From the NCBI GenBank assembly GCA_029006735.1, contig JAQXGN010000037.1:9894-73893 (forward strand): a DNA stretch of 64,000 bases. Reading direction: 5' to 3'. This document shows, in pieces, positions 28,462 through 37,255 of the stretch (positions within the stretch are counted from its first letter, which is position 1; each line of letters starts with the position of its first letter). This DNA comes from Bacillales bacterium (GTDB lineage Bacteria; Bacillota_I; Bacilli_A; RFN20; CAG-449). A program made the position numbers and the translations under genes. The notes beneath the pieces were generated by a model. It was not told where the DNA came from. It did no database searches and saw only the letters and a program-made list of their open reading frames with translations.

Positions 28462-31400
28462 ATGGAGGAAGTATTTGTTCGCTTTTTAAAAAAGATTGGA
28501 ATTGAAGATTTTACACCTTATCAAAAGTGTGACTTTGATAGACCTGTTTATGATAAAGTTAATAATATTTGTTATATGAAGATTACTTCTCCATATTGTT
28601 TACAATATGTTGATGCAAAAAGATTATTAGATGCAGTTGATAAAGCTCCTTTTAAATCGAGTTTATCTTTTGCATATAGTAATCCTATTGATGGAAAACA
28701 AGTCTATAATCTTCTTCGTGATGAATTTATCTATAATACAGGTTATTCAGAAGAAAAAATGCCTAAATATAAATGTGATAAAAGTTCGATTACTTTTATT
28801 TTTAATGGTAGTATTCATTTTGATAGTTTCCGTCCAGTTGTAGAAATGTGGGAAGAATTGTTAGATGAATTAGATATTAATTTTGATATTAATACAGATA
28901 TAGTTTATTCTGATGAATTAGATAATAGACAAACTTTATTAAATGAAGCATTAAAAGCAATTAAAGAAAATTATAATAAAAGAGTAGAAAATACAATTGG
29001 TTCTTATGATCAAAAACAAAGAGTTAAAGGTAATTATGTTCCAATGTGTATTTGTGATATTGATGAAAGTGCAAAAAATGTTCAAATTGATGCACAAGTA
29101 TTTAAAGCTGATGAAAGAGCAACAAAGAATGGCAAGTTTATTGTTACTCTTTATGTTTATGATCATACAGATAGTATTTGTGTTACTATTTTTAGCAATC
29201 GTAGAAATTTTGCACCAGAAAAATTATCTCAATATAAAGAAGTAGGGGCGTATTTACGAATTCGTGGTGGAATCACAAAGAATAAATATTCTAAAGATAT
29301 ACAATTAATCGCTGATTTTATAAATATTTTAGAAGGATCATTTAGTCCAGAAAGAATTGATGAATCGGAAGAAAAACGTGTTGAATTACACGCGCATAGT
29401 AAGATGTCTGCGATGGATGGAGTAGCTTCTATAGATCAATATTTTAATCAAGCAGCAAAGTGGGGAATGAAGGCGATGGCAATTACAGACCATTACAATG
29501 TTCAAGCCTTTCCAGATATTCAATCTTCCGCGAAAAAATATGGAATAAAAGCAATATATGGATGTGAAATGAATATGATTGATGATTCACTCAATTATAT
29601 TTTTAATCCACGTAATATCGTTTTAAATAAGGCTACATATGTTGTATTTGACTTTGAAACAACTGGCTTATCATCTCGTTATGATCGAATTATAGAATTT
29701 GGCGCGGTAAAGTTTAAAGATGGTTTTGTTCAGGATTCTATCGATTTACTTATTAACCCAGAAAAACCATTATCTAAAGTAGTAAAAGAATTAACTCATA
29801 TTAGTGATGAGATGTTATTAGGTCGACCAAAAATTAAAGAAGCTTTAAAAATTATTTTAGATTTTATTGGTGATAAAGATACAATTTTAGTTACTCATAA
29901 TGCTTCCTTTGATATTGGATTTTTAAATGAGGCATTATTGAATAATGGTTTTAATGAAATAAGCAATCCAGTTATTGATACTTTATCTCTTGCAAGATAT
30001 TTATTTCCAGAAAATAAATCACACACTTTAGGTTCTTTGTGTCGTCAATATGAAGTAGATTATGAAGAAGATGATGAATCTAATATGAAAAAATCACATT
30101 TTGCTCACCGTGCTGATTATGACGCTAAAGTATTAAATGAAGCATGGCAGGCAATGCTTGCTCAATTATCAAAAAATAATATGAATTTATTACATAGTGA
30201 TTTAGCAAATTTATCTAGTGAAAATTTATTTAAATCTTTAAGACCAAGCCATGTTACGGTTTATGCGAAAAACGCGATTGGATTAAAAGATTTATTTAAA
30301 CTTGTTTCTTTATCAAATACAGTATATTTTGCTTCTACTCCTAGAATCCCTAGAAAAGAATTAGAAAAATATCGTGAAAATCTATTAATTGGGTCAGCTT
30401 GTTGTAATGGGGAAATTTTTGATATTGCACAAACAAAAGGTGAAAAAATCTTGATTAAAAAAATGAAATTCTACGATTTTATTGAAGTTCAACCACCAGA
30501 AAATTATTCTCATTTAGTTAATTCTCGTTCTGTTGAATCAATGGATAATATTAAAAGAACGATTAAAGATATTGTTGTGGCTTGTGAAAAATTAGACAAA
30601 TTATGTGTTGCTACTGGAGATGCTCATTATTTATCTATGGAAGATAAAATTTTCCGTGATGTTTATATTTTTGGTAAATTAGTGGGAGGCGGTAGACATC
30701 CACTAAATCCTTATTCTCGTGAAAGATTAGCAAATCAAGGTATCTCTTATGAAAATCCAGATCAACATTTCCGTTCTACTAGTGAAATGCTTCGTCTATT
30801 TGATTTTTTAGGCATAGATAAAGCTAAGGAAATTGTTATTAAAAATTCTAATATTATCGCAGATATGTTTGAGAAAGTTAATCCAGTTAAAGATCGTTTA
30901 TATCCACCATTTATTAAGGATTGTGATAAAAAATTATTAGATATTGTTTGGAGTAATGCTAAAAAAATGTATGGTGATCCATTACCAAAACAAGTTAAGG
31001 ATAGACTAGATGCTGAATTAGAAGGTATTTTGAAATATGGATATACTGTTCAATATTATATCGCAACAATGATTGTTAAGAAAACTAACGAAGATGGATT
31101 CATGGTTGGTTCTAGAGGATCTGTCGGTTCATCTTTTGTTGCAACTATGGCAGAAATTACCGAAGTTAACCCTTTACCACCACATTATAGATGTCCAAAT
31201 TGTTTATATTCCGATTGGGATGTTGATGTAGTTGAATATCGTTCAGGATTTGATTTACCTCCAATGGCATGCCCTCATTGTGGTAAAGAAATGATTCGTG
31301 ACGGTCAAAACATTCCTTTTGCTACGTTCTTAGGATTCCATGCTGAAAAAGTTCCGGATATTGATTTAAATTTCTCGGGAGAATATCAATCAAAAGCACA

Positions 31401-32814
31401 TGAATTAACAAAAACATTATTGGGCGTTAATAATGTTTATCGAGCAGGTACTATTGAAACTGTCGCTGAAAAAACGGCTTATGGTTATGCTTTAGGATAT
31501 TATGAAGCATTAGGAATTGATCCACAAACAATTAAGGAAGCAGAAATAAGAAGAATATCTTTAGGTTGTATGGATGTAAAAAGAACAACTGGTCAACATC
31601 CAGGAGGTATTATTGTTATTCCAACAGATATGGATGTTTTTGATTTTACACCAATTCAATATCCAGCAGATGATTTATCTGCTTCTTGGAAAACTACCCA
31701 CTTTGATTTCCATAAGATTCATGATAATGTATTGAAATTAGATTTATTAGGTCACGTTGATCCTACAGCTTTAAAAATGTTAGGTGATTTAACTGGTATT
31801 GACCCTAAAACTGTACCAAATGCGGATAGTAATGTAATTTCCTTATTTAGTTCAAGGGATGCTTTAAAGTGTCATGCAAATCGTTTGCAAGAACAAAATG
31901 GTGCATTAGGATTACCTGAATTTGGTACTCCTTTTGTTCGTCAAATGTTGATTGATACAAAACCTAATTCTTTTGCAGATTTATTGATTATTTCAGGATT
32001 ATCGCATGGTACCGATGTTTGGAATGGAAATGCACAAAATTTAATTTCTAGTAATACATGCACTTTAAAAAGTGTTATTGGATGTCGTGATGATATTATG
32101 ATTGGTCTACAAAATTATGGTGTTGAAGCAGGTAAATCATTTGTAATTATGGAAAGAGTTAGAAAAGGGAAAAAACTTACTCCAGAAGATGAAGATTTAT
32201 TAAGAGAACATAAAGTTCCTGAATGGTATATTGAATCTTGTAATAAGATTAAATATTTATTCCCAAAAGCTCATGCTGTAGCATATGTTATGATGGCATG
32301 TAGAGTTGCTTGGTTTAAAGTGTATTATCCATTAGAATACTATGCAGTTTATTTTACTGCTAGATCAAAGCAATACGATATTAAAGTAATGTCTAGTGGA
32401 GAAAAGGCAATTGGTGATAAAATAGAATTATATCGTCAAATGAAATCAAGAGGAGAAAAGTTATCTCCAAAAGATGAAGAAATAGAAAAGTGTTTAAATA
32501 TAGCTTTAGAGATGGCGGAAAGAGGTTATAAGATTTCAACTATTGATATTAACCGTTCTTTGGCAAGTAAGTTTGTTGTTGATAAAGCAAATAATGCGAT
32601 TATTCCTCCTTTTGATACGATTGATGCTTTGGGTAGTTTAGCTGCTCAATCGGTAGTAGAAGCAAGAAATAATAAGCCATTTACATCAATTGAAGATTTA
32701 CAATTAAGAACTAAATTATCTGCTCAAAACATTGAGAGTTTACGTAAACTGGGTAGTTTAAAAGGACTACCAGAAAGGAATCAAATGTCATTATTTGATG
32801 ATTGGATTTTTTAG
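28462..32814 (+). CDS. polC: DNA polymerase III alpha subunit, PolC type
   Basis: 1450 aa. PHP motif VELHAHSKMSAMDG, embedded DEDD exonuclease (VVFDFETTGLS, HNASFD, HRADYDA), and a Zn module (CPNC...CPHCG). Confidence 0.97.
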   Translation: MEEVFVRFLKKIGIEDFTPYQKCDFDRPVYDKVNNICYMKITSPYCLQYVDAKRLLDAVDKAPFKSSLSFAYSNPIDGKQVYNLLRDEFIYNTGYSEEKMPKYKCDKSSITFIFNGSIHFDSFRPVVEMWEELLDELDINFDINTDIVYSDELDNRQTLLNEALKAIKENYNKRVENTIGSYDQKQRVKGNYVPMCICDIDESAKNVQIDAQVFKADERATKNGKFIVTLYVYDHTDSICVTIFSNRRNFAPEKLSQYKEVGAYLRIRGGITKNKYSKDIQLIADFINILEGSFSPERIDESEEKRVELHAHSKMSAMDGVASIDQYFNQAAKWGMKAMAITDHYNVQAFPDIQSSAKKYGIKAIYGCEMNMIDDSLNYIFNPRNIVLNKATYVVFDFETTGLSSRYDRIIEFGAVKFKDGFVQDSIDLLINPEKPLSKVVKELTHISDEMLLGRPKIKEALKIILDFIGDKDTILVTHNASFDIGFLNEALLNNGFNEISNPVIDTLSLARYLFPENKSHTLGSLCRQYEVDYEEDDESNMKKSHFAHRADYDAKVLNEAWQAMLAQLSKNNMNLLHSDLANLSSENLFKSLRPSHVTVYAKNAIGLKDLFKLVSLSNTVYFASTPRIPRKELEKYRENLLIGSACCNGEIFDIAQTKGEKILIKKMKFYDFIEVQPPENYSHLVNSRSVESMDNIKRTIKDIVVACEKLDKLCVATGDAHYLSMEDKIFRDVYIFGKLVGGGRHPLNPYSRERLANQGISYENPDQHFRSTSEMLRLFDFLGIDKAKEIVIKNSNIIADMFEKVNPVKDRLYPPFIKDCDKKLLDIVWSNAKKMYGDPLPKQVKDRLDAELEGILKYGYTVQYYIATMIVKKTNEDGFMVGSRGSVGSSFVATMAEITEVNPLPPHYRCPNCLYSDWDVDVVEYRSGFDLPPMACPHCGKEMIRDGQNIPFATFLGFHAEKVPDIDLNFSGEYQSKAHELTKTLLGVNNVYRAGTIETVAEKTAYGYALGYYEALGIDPQTIKEAEIRRISLGCMDVKRTTGQHPGGIIVIPTDMDVFDFTPIQYPADDLSASWKTTHFDFHKIHDNVLKLDLLGHVDPTALKMLGDLTGIDPKTVPNADSNVISLFSSRDALKCHANRLQEQNGALGLPEFGTPFVRQMLIDTKPNSFADLLIISGLSHGTDVWNGNAQNLISSNTCTLKSVIGCRDDIMIGLQNYGVEAGKSFVIMERVRKGKKLTPEDEDLLREHKVPEWYIESCNKIKYLFPKAHAVAYVMMACRVAWFKVYYPLEYYAVYFTARSKQYDIKVMSSGEKAIGDKIELYRQMKSRGEKLSPKDEEIEKCLNIALEMAERGYKISTIDINRSLASKFVVDKANNAIIPPFDTIDALGSLAAQSVVEARNNKPFTSIEDLQLRTKLSAQNIESLRKLGSLKGLPERNQMSLFDDWIF

Positions 32815-32831
32815 AAAAGGAGGCTAAAAAA

Positions 32832-33599
32832 ATGCTTGCTATTTTTACAATTGGAAATTTCTACGTTGATATTGTTTCTATTATCATTATTATTTTTATG
32901 CTAGTTTCAATTATTGGTGGATGTATTAAAGGATTTGCTTTTACATTATTGAAAGCTGGTAAAGTAGTTATTATTTTTGCAGCAGGTGTTTTACTTGCTA
33001 AACCAATAAGTGTCTTATTAACAAATAGTCCAATTGGATCAAAAATGATTGATACGTTATCATCTTCTTTTTTAGCAAAAGGGGCTCCTTTTGATATGGT
33101 TATTAATGATATTACTGATAAAGGATTAGTTATTCAAGAAGGGTTAAAAACTTTATCTATACCAGAAGCGTTTATTCCAGTATTATCAAAATTATTAAAT
33201 GGAATAATTCCTGATTCAGGTGAAGAGCAATTAGCAATTTACTTTGCAAATTCAATTACTTCATATGCAATGCTTTCTCTAGCATTCTTGATTATTGAAT
33301 TAGTTGTCAGTATTGTTGTTATTGTATTGGGTCGATTATTAAAAAATATTAATAAGATTCCATTAATTGGACCACTTAATAGAATTCTTGGTGGAGTATT
33401 TGGATTATTTATCGCTTATATTGTGGTTGATGCCTTGCTATTTGGATTAGCATTTTTATCTGCATATTCACCAACTTTAGCAGAATGGGTAAATACTACA
33501 CTTTATTTAGGTGAAACAAACGAAGGTATATTTACTATATCAAAATTTATGACAACAAATAGTATTACAAACTATTTGATTTCGTTATTTATTAAATAG
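32832..33599 (+). CDS. cvpA: CvpA-family membrane protein
   Basis: 4-5 TM helices with a CvpA-like N-terminus (VDIVSIIIIIFMLVSIIGGCIKGF). AAGGAGG precedes the ATG at 32832. The family call is by resemblance. Confidence 0.55.
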   Translation: MLAIFTIGNFYVDIVSIIIIIFMLVSIIGGCIKGFAFTLLKAGKVVIIFAAGVLLAKPISVLLTNSPIGSKMIDTLSSSFLAKGAPFDMVINDITDKGLVIQEGLKTLSIPEAFIPVLSKLLNGIIPDSGEEQLAIYFANSITSYAMLSLAFLIIELVVSIVVIVLGRLLKNINKIPLIGPLNRILGGVFGLFIAYIVVDALLFGLAFLSAYSPTLAEWVNTTLYLGETNEGIFTISKFMTTNSITNYLISLFIK

Positions 33600-33724
33600 T
33601 GAATTTGTATGTAAGAAGTAGTCTATTATGAAAAAAATATTCAAAACAAGGCTTATTGATATTAATTGAATATGTAGATTTGAAGAAAAAAAGCCCGTTA
33701 GGGATTTAATTTCAGCATGAAAAT

Positions 33725-33768
33725 AACGTAGTTGCATAAGTTAATCTTTGAATGTGACTACGTTTTTT
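33725..33768 (+). terminator. Intrinsic terminator downstream of cvpA
   Basis: Stem aacgtagt / actacgtt followed by T5. Confidence 0.6.
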
Positions 33769-33828
33769 AATAAACATTTTTTAAATTGTTTTATAAAAAA
33801 ATTGTTCAATCATCCCATAATAAGCAGA

Positions 33829-33856
33829 TTGACAAAATAAATATTTGTATTATAAT
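33829..33856 (+). promoter_or_regulatory. Consensus sigma-A promoter for mgtC
   Basis: TTGACA (33829-33834), a 16-nt spacer, then TATAAT (33851-33856). Confidence 0.65.
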
Positions 33857-33883
33857 TAATGAACACATGGGAAGGTGATATTT

Positions 33884-34663
33884 ATGATTTTTCTTGAAGA
33901 AATTATTACTATTGAGCCAAATATCGTTGATCCAATTATGGCTTTATTAAATAAATTAGGTGGAGTCTTCTCTTTAATTGCGGGAGAATTATCTTCTATT
34001 TCTATTTGGTCAATAATAGTTAGAATAATCTTAGCATTATCAATGTCGGGTTGTATCGGTATGGAAAGAGCAGCTAGAAAACATGCTGCTGGATTAAGAA
34101 CTTACATTTTAGTATGTTTAGGTGCTACTTTAATCATGTTAACTGATCAATTTTTAAGAGAAACATATAATACAGGTGATGGTTCTAGACTTGGAGCAGC
34201 GGTAATTACTGGTGTTGGATTTTTAGGTGCAGGAACTATTTTATTTACATCAAGAGGGCAAATTAAAGGTTTAACAACTGCTGCAGGACTTTGGGCGATT
34301 GCTTGTATTGGTTTATGCTTAGGATGTGGCTTTTATACAGCAAGTATTGTTGGGTTTCTATTTGTTGTTTTAGCTGTTTTATTCTTAAGTAAAATAGAAA
34401 AAGCATTTACAAACAGAAGAGGTTGTTTTGAAATCCATGTTGAATTTGAAACAAGATTAAATTTAAAAGAATTTGTCAAATATATTAGAACGAAGGAGAT
34501 TTCTATTGCGTCAGTTGAACATAATACGGCTTATTCTCAATCGGGATTATCTGTTTATACAATTGTATTGGTGACGAAAAACAAAAAGCAAAAAATGAAT
34601 CATCTTTCTTTGATAAATGAAATAAGTCAACTTCCATATGTAGAATACGTTGAAGAAATATAA
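33884..34663 (+). CDS. mgtC: MgtC/SapB-family membrane protein with C-terminal ACT-like domain
   Basis: GMERAARKHAAGLRTYILVCLGATLIM signature. The ATG at 33884 lies 9 nt after GGGAAGG. Confidence 0.8.
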   Translation: MIFLEEIITIEPNIVDPIMALLNKLGGVFSLIAGELSSISIWSIIVRIILALSMSGCIGMERAARKHAAGLRTYILVCLGATLIMLTDQFLRETYNTGDGSRLGAAVITGVGFLGAGTILFTSRGQIKGLTTAAGLWAIACIGLCLGCGFYTASIVGFLFVVLAVLFLSKIEKAFTNRRGCFEIHVEFETRLNLKEFVKYIRTKEISIASVEHNTAYSQSGLSVYTIVLVTKNKKQKMNHLSLINEISQLPYVEYVEEI

Positions 34664-34746
34664 TTAGTTTTATTTACTTAATTTTTTTATCAAAACATAG
34701 ATTTTTTCTTTATTCATAATTAGAATGAATTTATTGAGGTTTTTAT

Positions 34747-35346
34747 ATGAAAAAATTACATATTGTTATAGCAACAGGCAATCAAAATAAAGTTCGGGAA
34801 TATAAAGAATTATTTGAAGGATATCCATTTGAAATTACTTCTTTAAAAGACGAAGGAATTAGTGTTGATATTGATGAAAATGGTACTTCTTTTAAAGAGA
34901 ATGCTTATATTAAGGCTTCAACAATTGCCAAATATACTAGTAAAATTGTTATTGCGGATGATTCGGGACTTTCCATTCATGCTCTAGATAACTTCCCAGG
35001 TATTAGATCTGCAAGATTTATGGAAGGATCTTCATATGAAGAGAAGAACAAAGTTATTATTGAAAAACTTCAACCTTTTTTAGATAAAAGTGCACATTTT
35101 ACTTGCGCAATTGCAGTATGTAATTATCCAAATCAGCAAGATCAAATTTTTGAAGGAATATGTTTGGGTAATATTGTTGAACCAATTTCTTCTTTACATG
35201 GTTTTGGTTATGATCCTATTTTCCAACCGGTTGGTTATGATGAAACTTTTGGAATGATGGAGGATGCGAAAAAAAATATGATTTCACATCGAGGAAGAGC
35301 ATCAAAACAACTATTGGAGTTTATTGAAAAAACAATGAATGATTAA
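34747..35346 (+). CDS. rdgB: Non-canonical purine NTP pyrophosphatase (RdgB/Ham1)
   Basis: IATGNQNKVREY, DDSGL, FGYDPIF, and SHRGRA motifs. Confidence 0.9.
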   Translation: MKKLHIVIATGNQNKVREYKELFEGYPFEITSLKDEGISVDIDENGTSFKENAYIKASTIAKYTSKIVIADDSGLSIHALDNFPGIRSARFMEGSSYEEKNKVIIEKLQPFLDKSAHFTCAIAVCNYPNQQDQIFEGICLGNIVEPISSLHGFGYDPIFQPVGYDETFGMMEDAKKNMISHRGRASKQLLEFIEKTMND

Positions 35347-35451
35347 TAATAAAAAAATTGTTTTTAGTTAATAAAATATTATTGATATCTTTAAAATCAT
35401 GATTAACTATGTTAATCTATAAAATAGAGTAGAGAAGAAAGGAGAAGCAAC

Positions 35452-36213
35452 ATGAGATGGTGTTTTGATTTACCAATCGGTTTAGCAATTGCAGATGCAA
35501 TTATCGCACTTATTCTTGCATGTTTTATTATGGTTTTTATCATTCGCAAGATCAATCGTGTTGCAGCATACATTTTTTATCCTTCATGCGTATGTTTGAT
35601 GTTTGTTGGATATGTGTTTACTATGCCTTTACTTCTAATTACTTCATCAGTTGTTTTAGTGATTGGAATGAGTTTGATCTTGTTTATTAATGCATCCGAA
35701 TTCAGATATTTATTTTTGAAAAACGCTACTTTAAAAACAACTAGAAAAGATAAAAACACAAAGAATTCTACTGAATTAATGTATAAAGCAATTGATGACG
35801 CAGTAAAGAGTTTATCACGTACAAAAACAGGCGCGATTATTACATTTGAAAAAGCACAATCTTTAGATAATGTTATAAAAAATGGTACTGCAATTAATGC
35901 ACCAGTTAGTGCAGAATTATTAATGACTATTTTTTATCCTGGAACAAGATTACATGATGGTGCAGTTGTAATAAGAGGTAATATGATTATTTCTGCTTCA
36001 GTTTATTATACTCCTACAACAAGAGCGTTAACTGGAAAATATGGTTCAAGACATAGAGCAGCAGTTGGTATTTCGGAAATTTCTGATGCAGTTACTGTTG
36101 TTGTTAGTGAGGAAACAGGACGTATATCTTTAGCATATAAAGCAAAATTAGAACCTACTTCATTAGATACATTCTTAGATGATTTTGTTTATTTAATGAA
36201 TGAAAGAGATTAA
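35452..36213 (+). CDS. cdaA: Diadenylate cyclase CdaA (membrane-anchored DAC domain)
   Basis: Three N-terminal TM helices, then the DAC motifs TGAIITFE, HDGAVVI, and GSRHRAA. Confidence 0.9.
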   Translation: MRWCFDLPIGLAIADAIIALILACFIMVFIIRKINRVAAYIFYPSCVCLMFVGYVFTMPLLLITSSVVLVIGMSLILFINASEFRYLFLKNATLKTTRKDKNTKNSTELMYKAIDDAVKSLSRTKTGAIITFEKAQSLDNVIKNGTAINAPVSAELLMTIFYPGTRLHDGAVVIRGNMIISASVYYTPTTRALTGKYGSRHRAAVGISEISDAVTVVVSEETGRISLAYKAKLEPTSLDTFLDDFVYLMNERD

Positions 36214-36216
36214 AAT

Positions 36217-36933
36217 ATGAAATTTTTATTAGTTAATGATGATGGTTTTGGTGCAGAAGGCATCGTTTTAGTTGAAGAAGTTTTAAAAAAATTTGGAGAA
36301 GTTTTTGTCGTGGCTCCTAAATATGTCCAATCTGGAAAATCATGTTCATTAAGTTATGGAAAAGAAGAAAGTTTTATTAAGTATGATGATCATCATTATG
36401 CTTTAGATAGTGTTCCAACTGGATGTGTTTCATTTGGGTTATATGGAATTAATCAAAATATTGACATTGTTGTTTCTGGATGCAATAATGGTCCAAATCT
36501 TAGTATTGATACGATGTATTCTGGTACAGTAGGAGCATGTTATGAAGCATTATTTAATGGAGTACCTGCGATTGCTTTATCCACCTCAAAATATAATGAT
36601 TTTACTAATGTTAAATCACATATTAGTATTTTACTAAAATATATTTTAGATAATAAATTGTATTCTAAAGATTATTTATTAAACTGTAATTTTCATAAAG
36701 GGGATAATTTTAAAGGTATTAGGTTTACTTTTCTTCACCGAAATGTTTTAAGATATAATTTTCATGTTGGAGAAGATAGCCTTGTTCATGATAGATATAG
36801 TTTATTTGATAATGTGAAAAGAGGTAGTGATGTATATGCAGTTGAACATGGATATATTTCAATAACTCCTTTAACTTCATCTACATTTAATGTTGCTTCG
36901 TTAGATGATTTAAAAAAGAAAATAAAATCATAG
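36217..36933 (+). CDS. surE: 5'/3'-nucleotidase SurE
   Basis: MKFLLVNDDGFGAEGI N-terminus and GCNNGPNL. It starts 4 nt after the cdaA stop. Confidence 0.85.
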   Translation: MKFLLVNDDGFGAEGIVLVEEVLKKFGEVFVVAPKYVQSGKSCSLSYGKEESFIKYDDHHYALDSVPTGCVSFGLYGINQNIDIVVSGCNNGPNLSIDTMYSGTVGACYEALFNGVPAIALSTSKYNDFTNVKSHISILLKYILDNKLYSKDYLLNCNFHKGDNFKGIRFTFLHRNVLRYNFHVGEDSLVHDRYSLFDNVKRGSDVYAVEHGYISITPLTSSTFNVASLDDLKKKIKS

Positions 36934-36960
36934 TAAAATATGATTTTTTTAAATTGTAAT

Positions 36961-36983
36961 AAAAAAAGGAACCGAAGTTCCTT
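36961..36983 (-). terminator. Intrinsic terminator of the tRNA-Val gene
   Basis: Minus strand: aaggaac-ttcg-gttcctt followed by T7. Confidence 0.75.
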
Positions 36984-36995
36984 AATAATCATCAA

Positions 36996-37071
36996 TGGTG
37001 GGTACTGAGAGGATCGAACTCCCGACCTTCTGTACGTCAAACAGATGCTCTCCCAGCTGAGCTAAATACCC
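36996..37071 (-). tRNA. tRNA-Val (anticodon GAC), CCA encoded
   Basis: Hand-folded 76-nt cloverleaf. Acceptor GGGTATT/AGTACCC, D-arm GCTC/GAGC, anticodon stem TCTGT/ACAGA with loop TTGACGT, T-arm GGGAG-TTCGATC-CTCTC, discriminator A, and 3' CCA. Confidence 0.9.
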
Positions 37072-37093
37072 ATCTTTCTCGCTGCGTAAATAA

Positions 37094-37122
37094 AATATAA
37101 CCTTATTTGGTTATTAAGTCAA
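37094..37122 (-). promoter_or_regulatory. Sigma-A promoter of tRNA-Val
   Basis: Minus strand: TTGACT, a 17-nt spacer, then TATATT, about 20 nt upstream of the mature 5' end. Confidence 0.6.
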
Positions 37123-37255
37123 TAATTTTATTTAAAATAAATAAGGTTTTTTAGATTTTTCTTAAGGTTTATATAATATAATGTGTCATTTAAAATAATT
37201 CTAGTTTACAATAATGTTAATAAGTTTTTTGCGTGATTGAAAGGATTAATAATCA

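Noticed and set aside
28631-29245. Short alternative-frame ORFs within polC
   Set aside because: They are embedded in a 1450-aa conserved gene, and their composition is typical of off-frame AT-rich translation.
33600-33883. Possible Mg2+ riboswitch (M-box) or small RNA upstream of mgtC, and a 13-codon ORF (MKKIFKTRLIDIN, 33628-33669)
   Set aside because: The consensus promoter lies only about 25 nt before the mgtC start, leaving no room for a riboswitch of about 160 nt. The upstream hairpin plus T-run fits best as the cvpA/polC-unit terminator. The mini-ORF has no SD and no recognisable leader-peptide logic.
37101-37152. Plus-strand hairpin ccttattt/aaataagg with a 30-nt loop and T6 tail
   Set aside because: The large AT-rich loop overlaps the minus-strand tRNA promoter, and no plus-strand gene ends nearby. 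It is probably fortuitous in AT-rich DNA.
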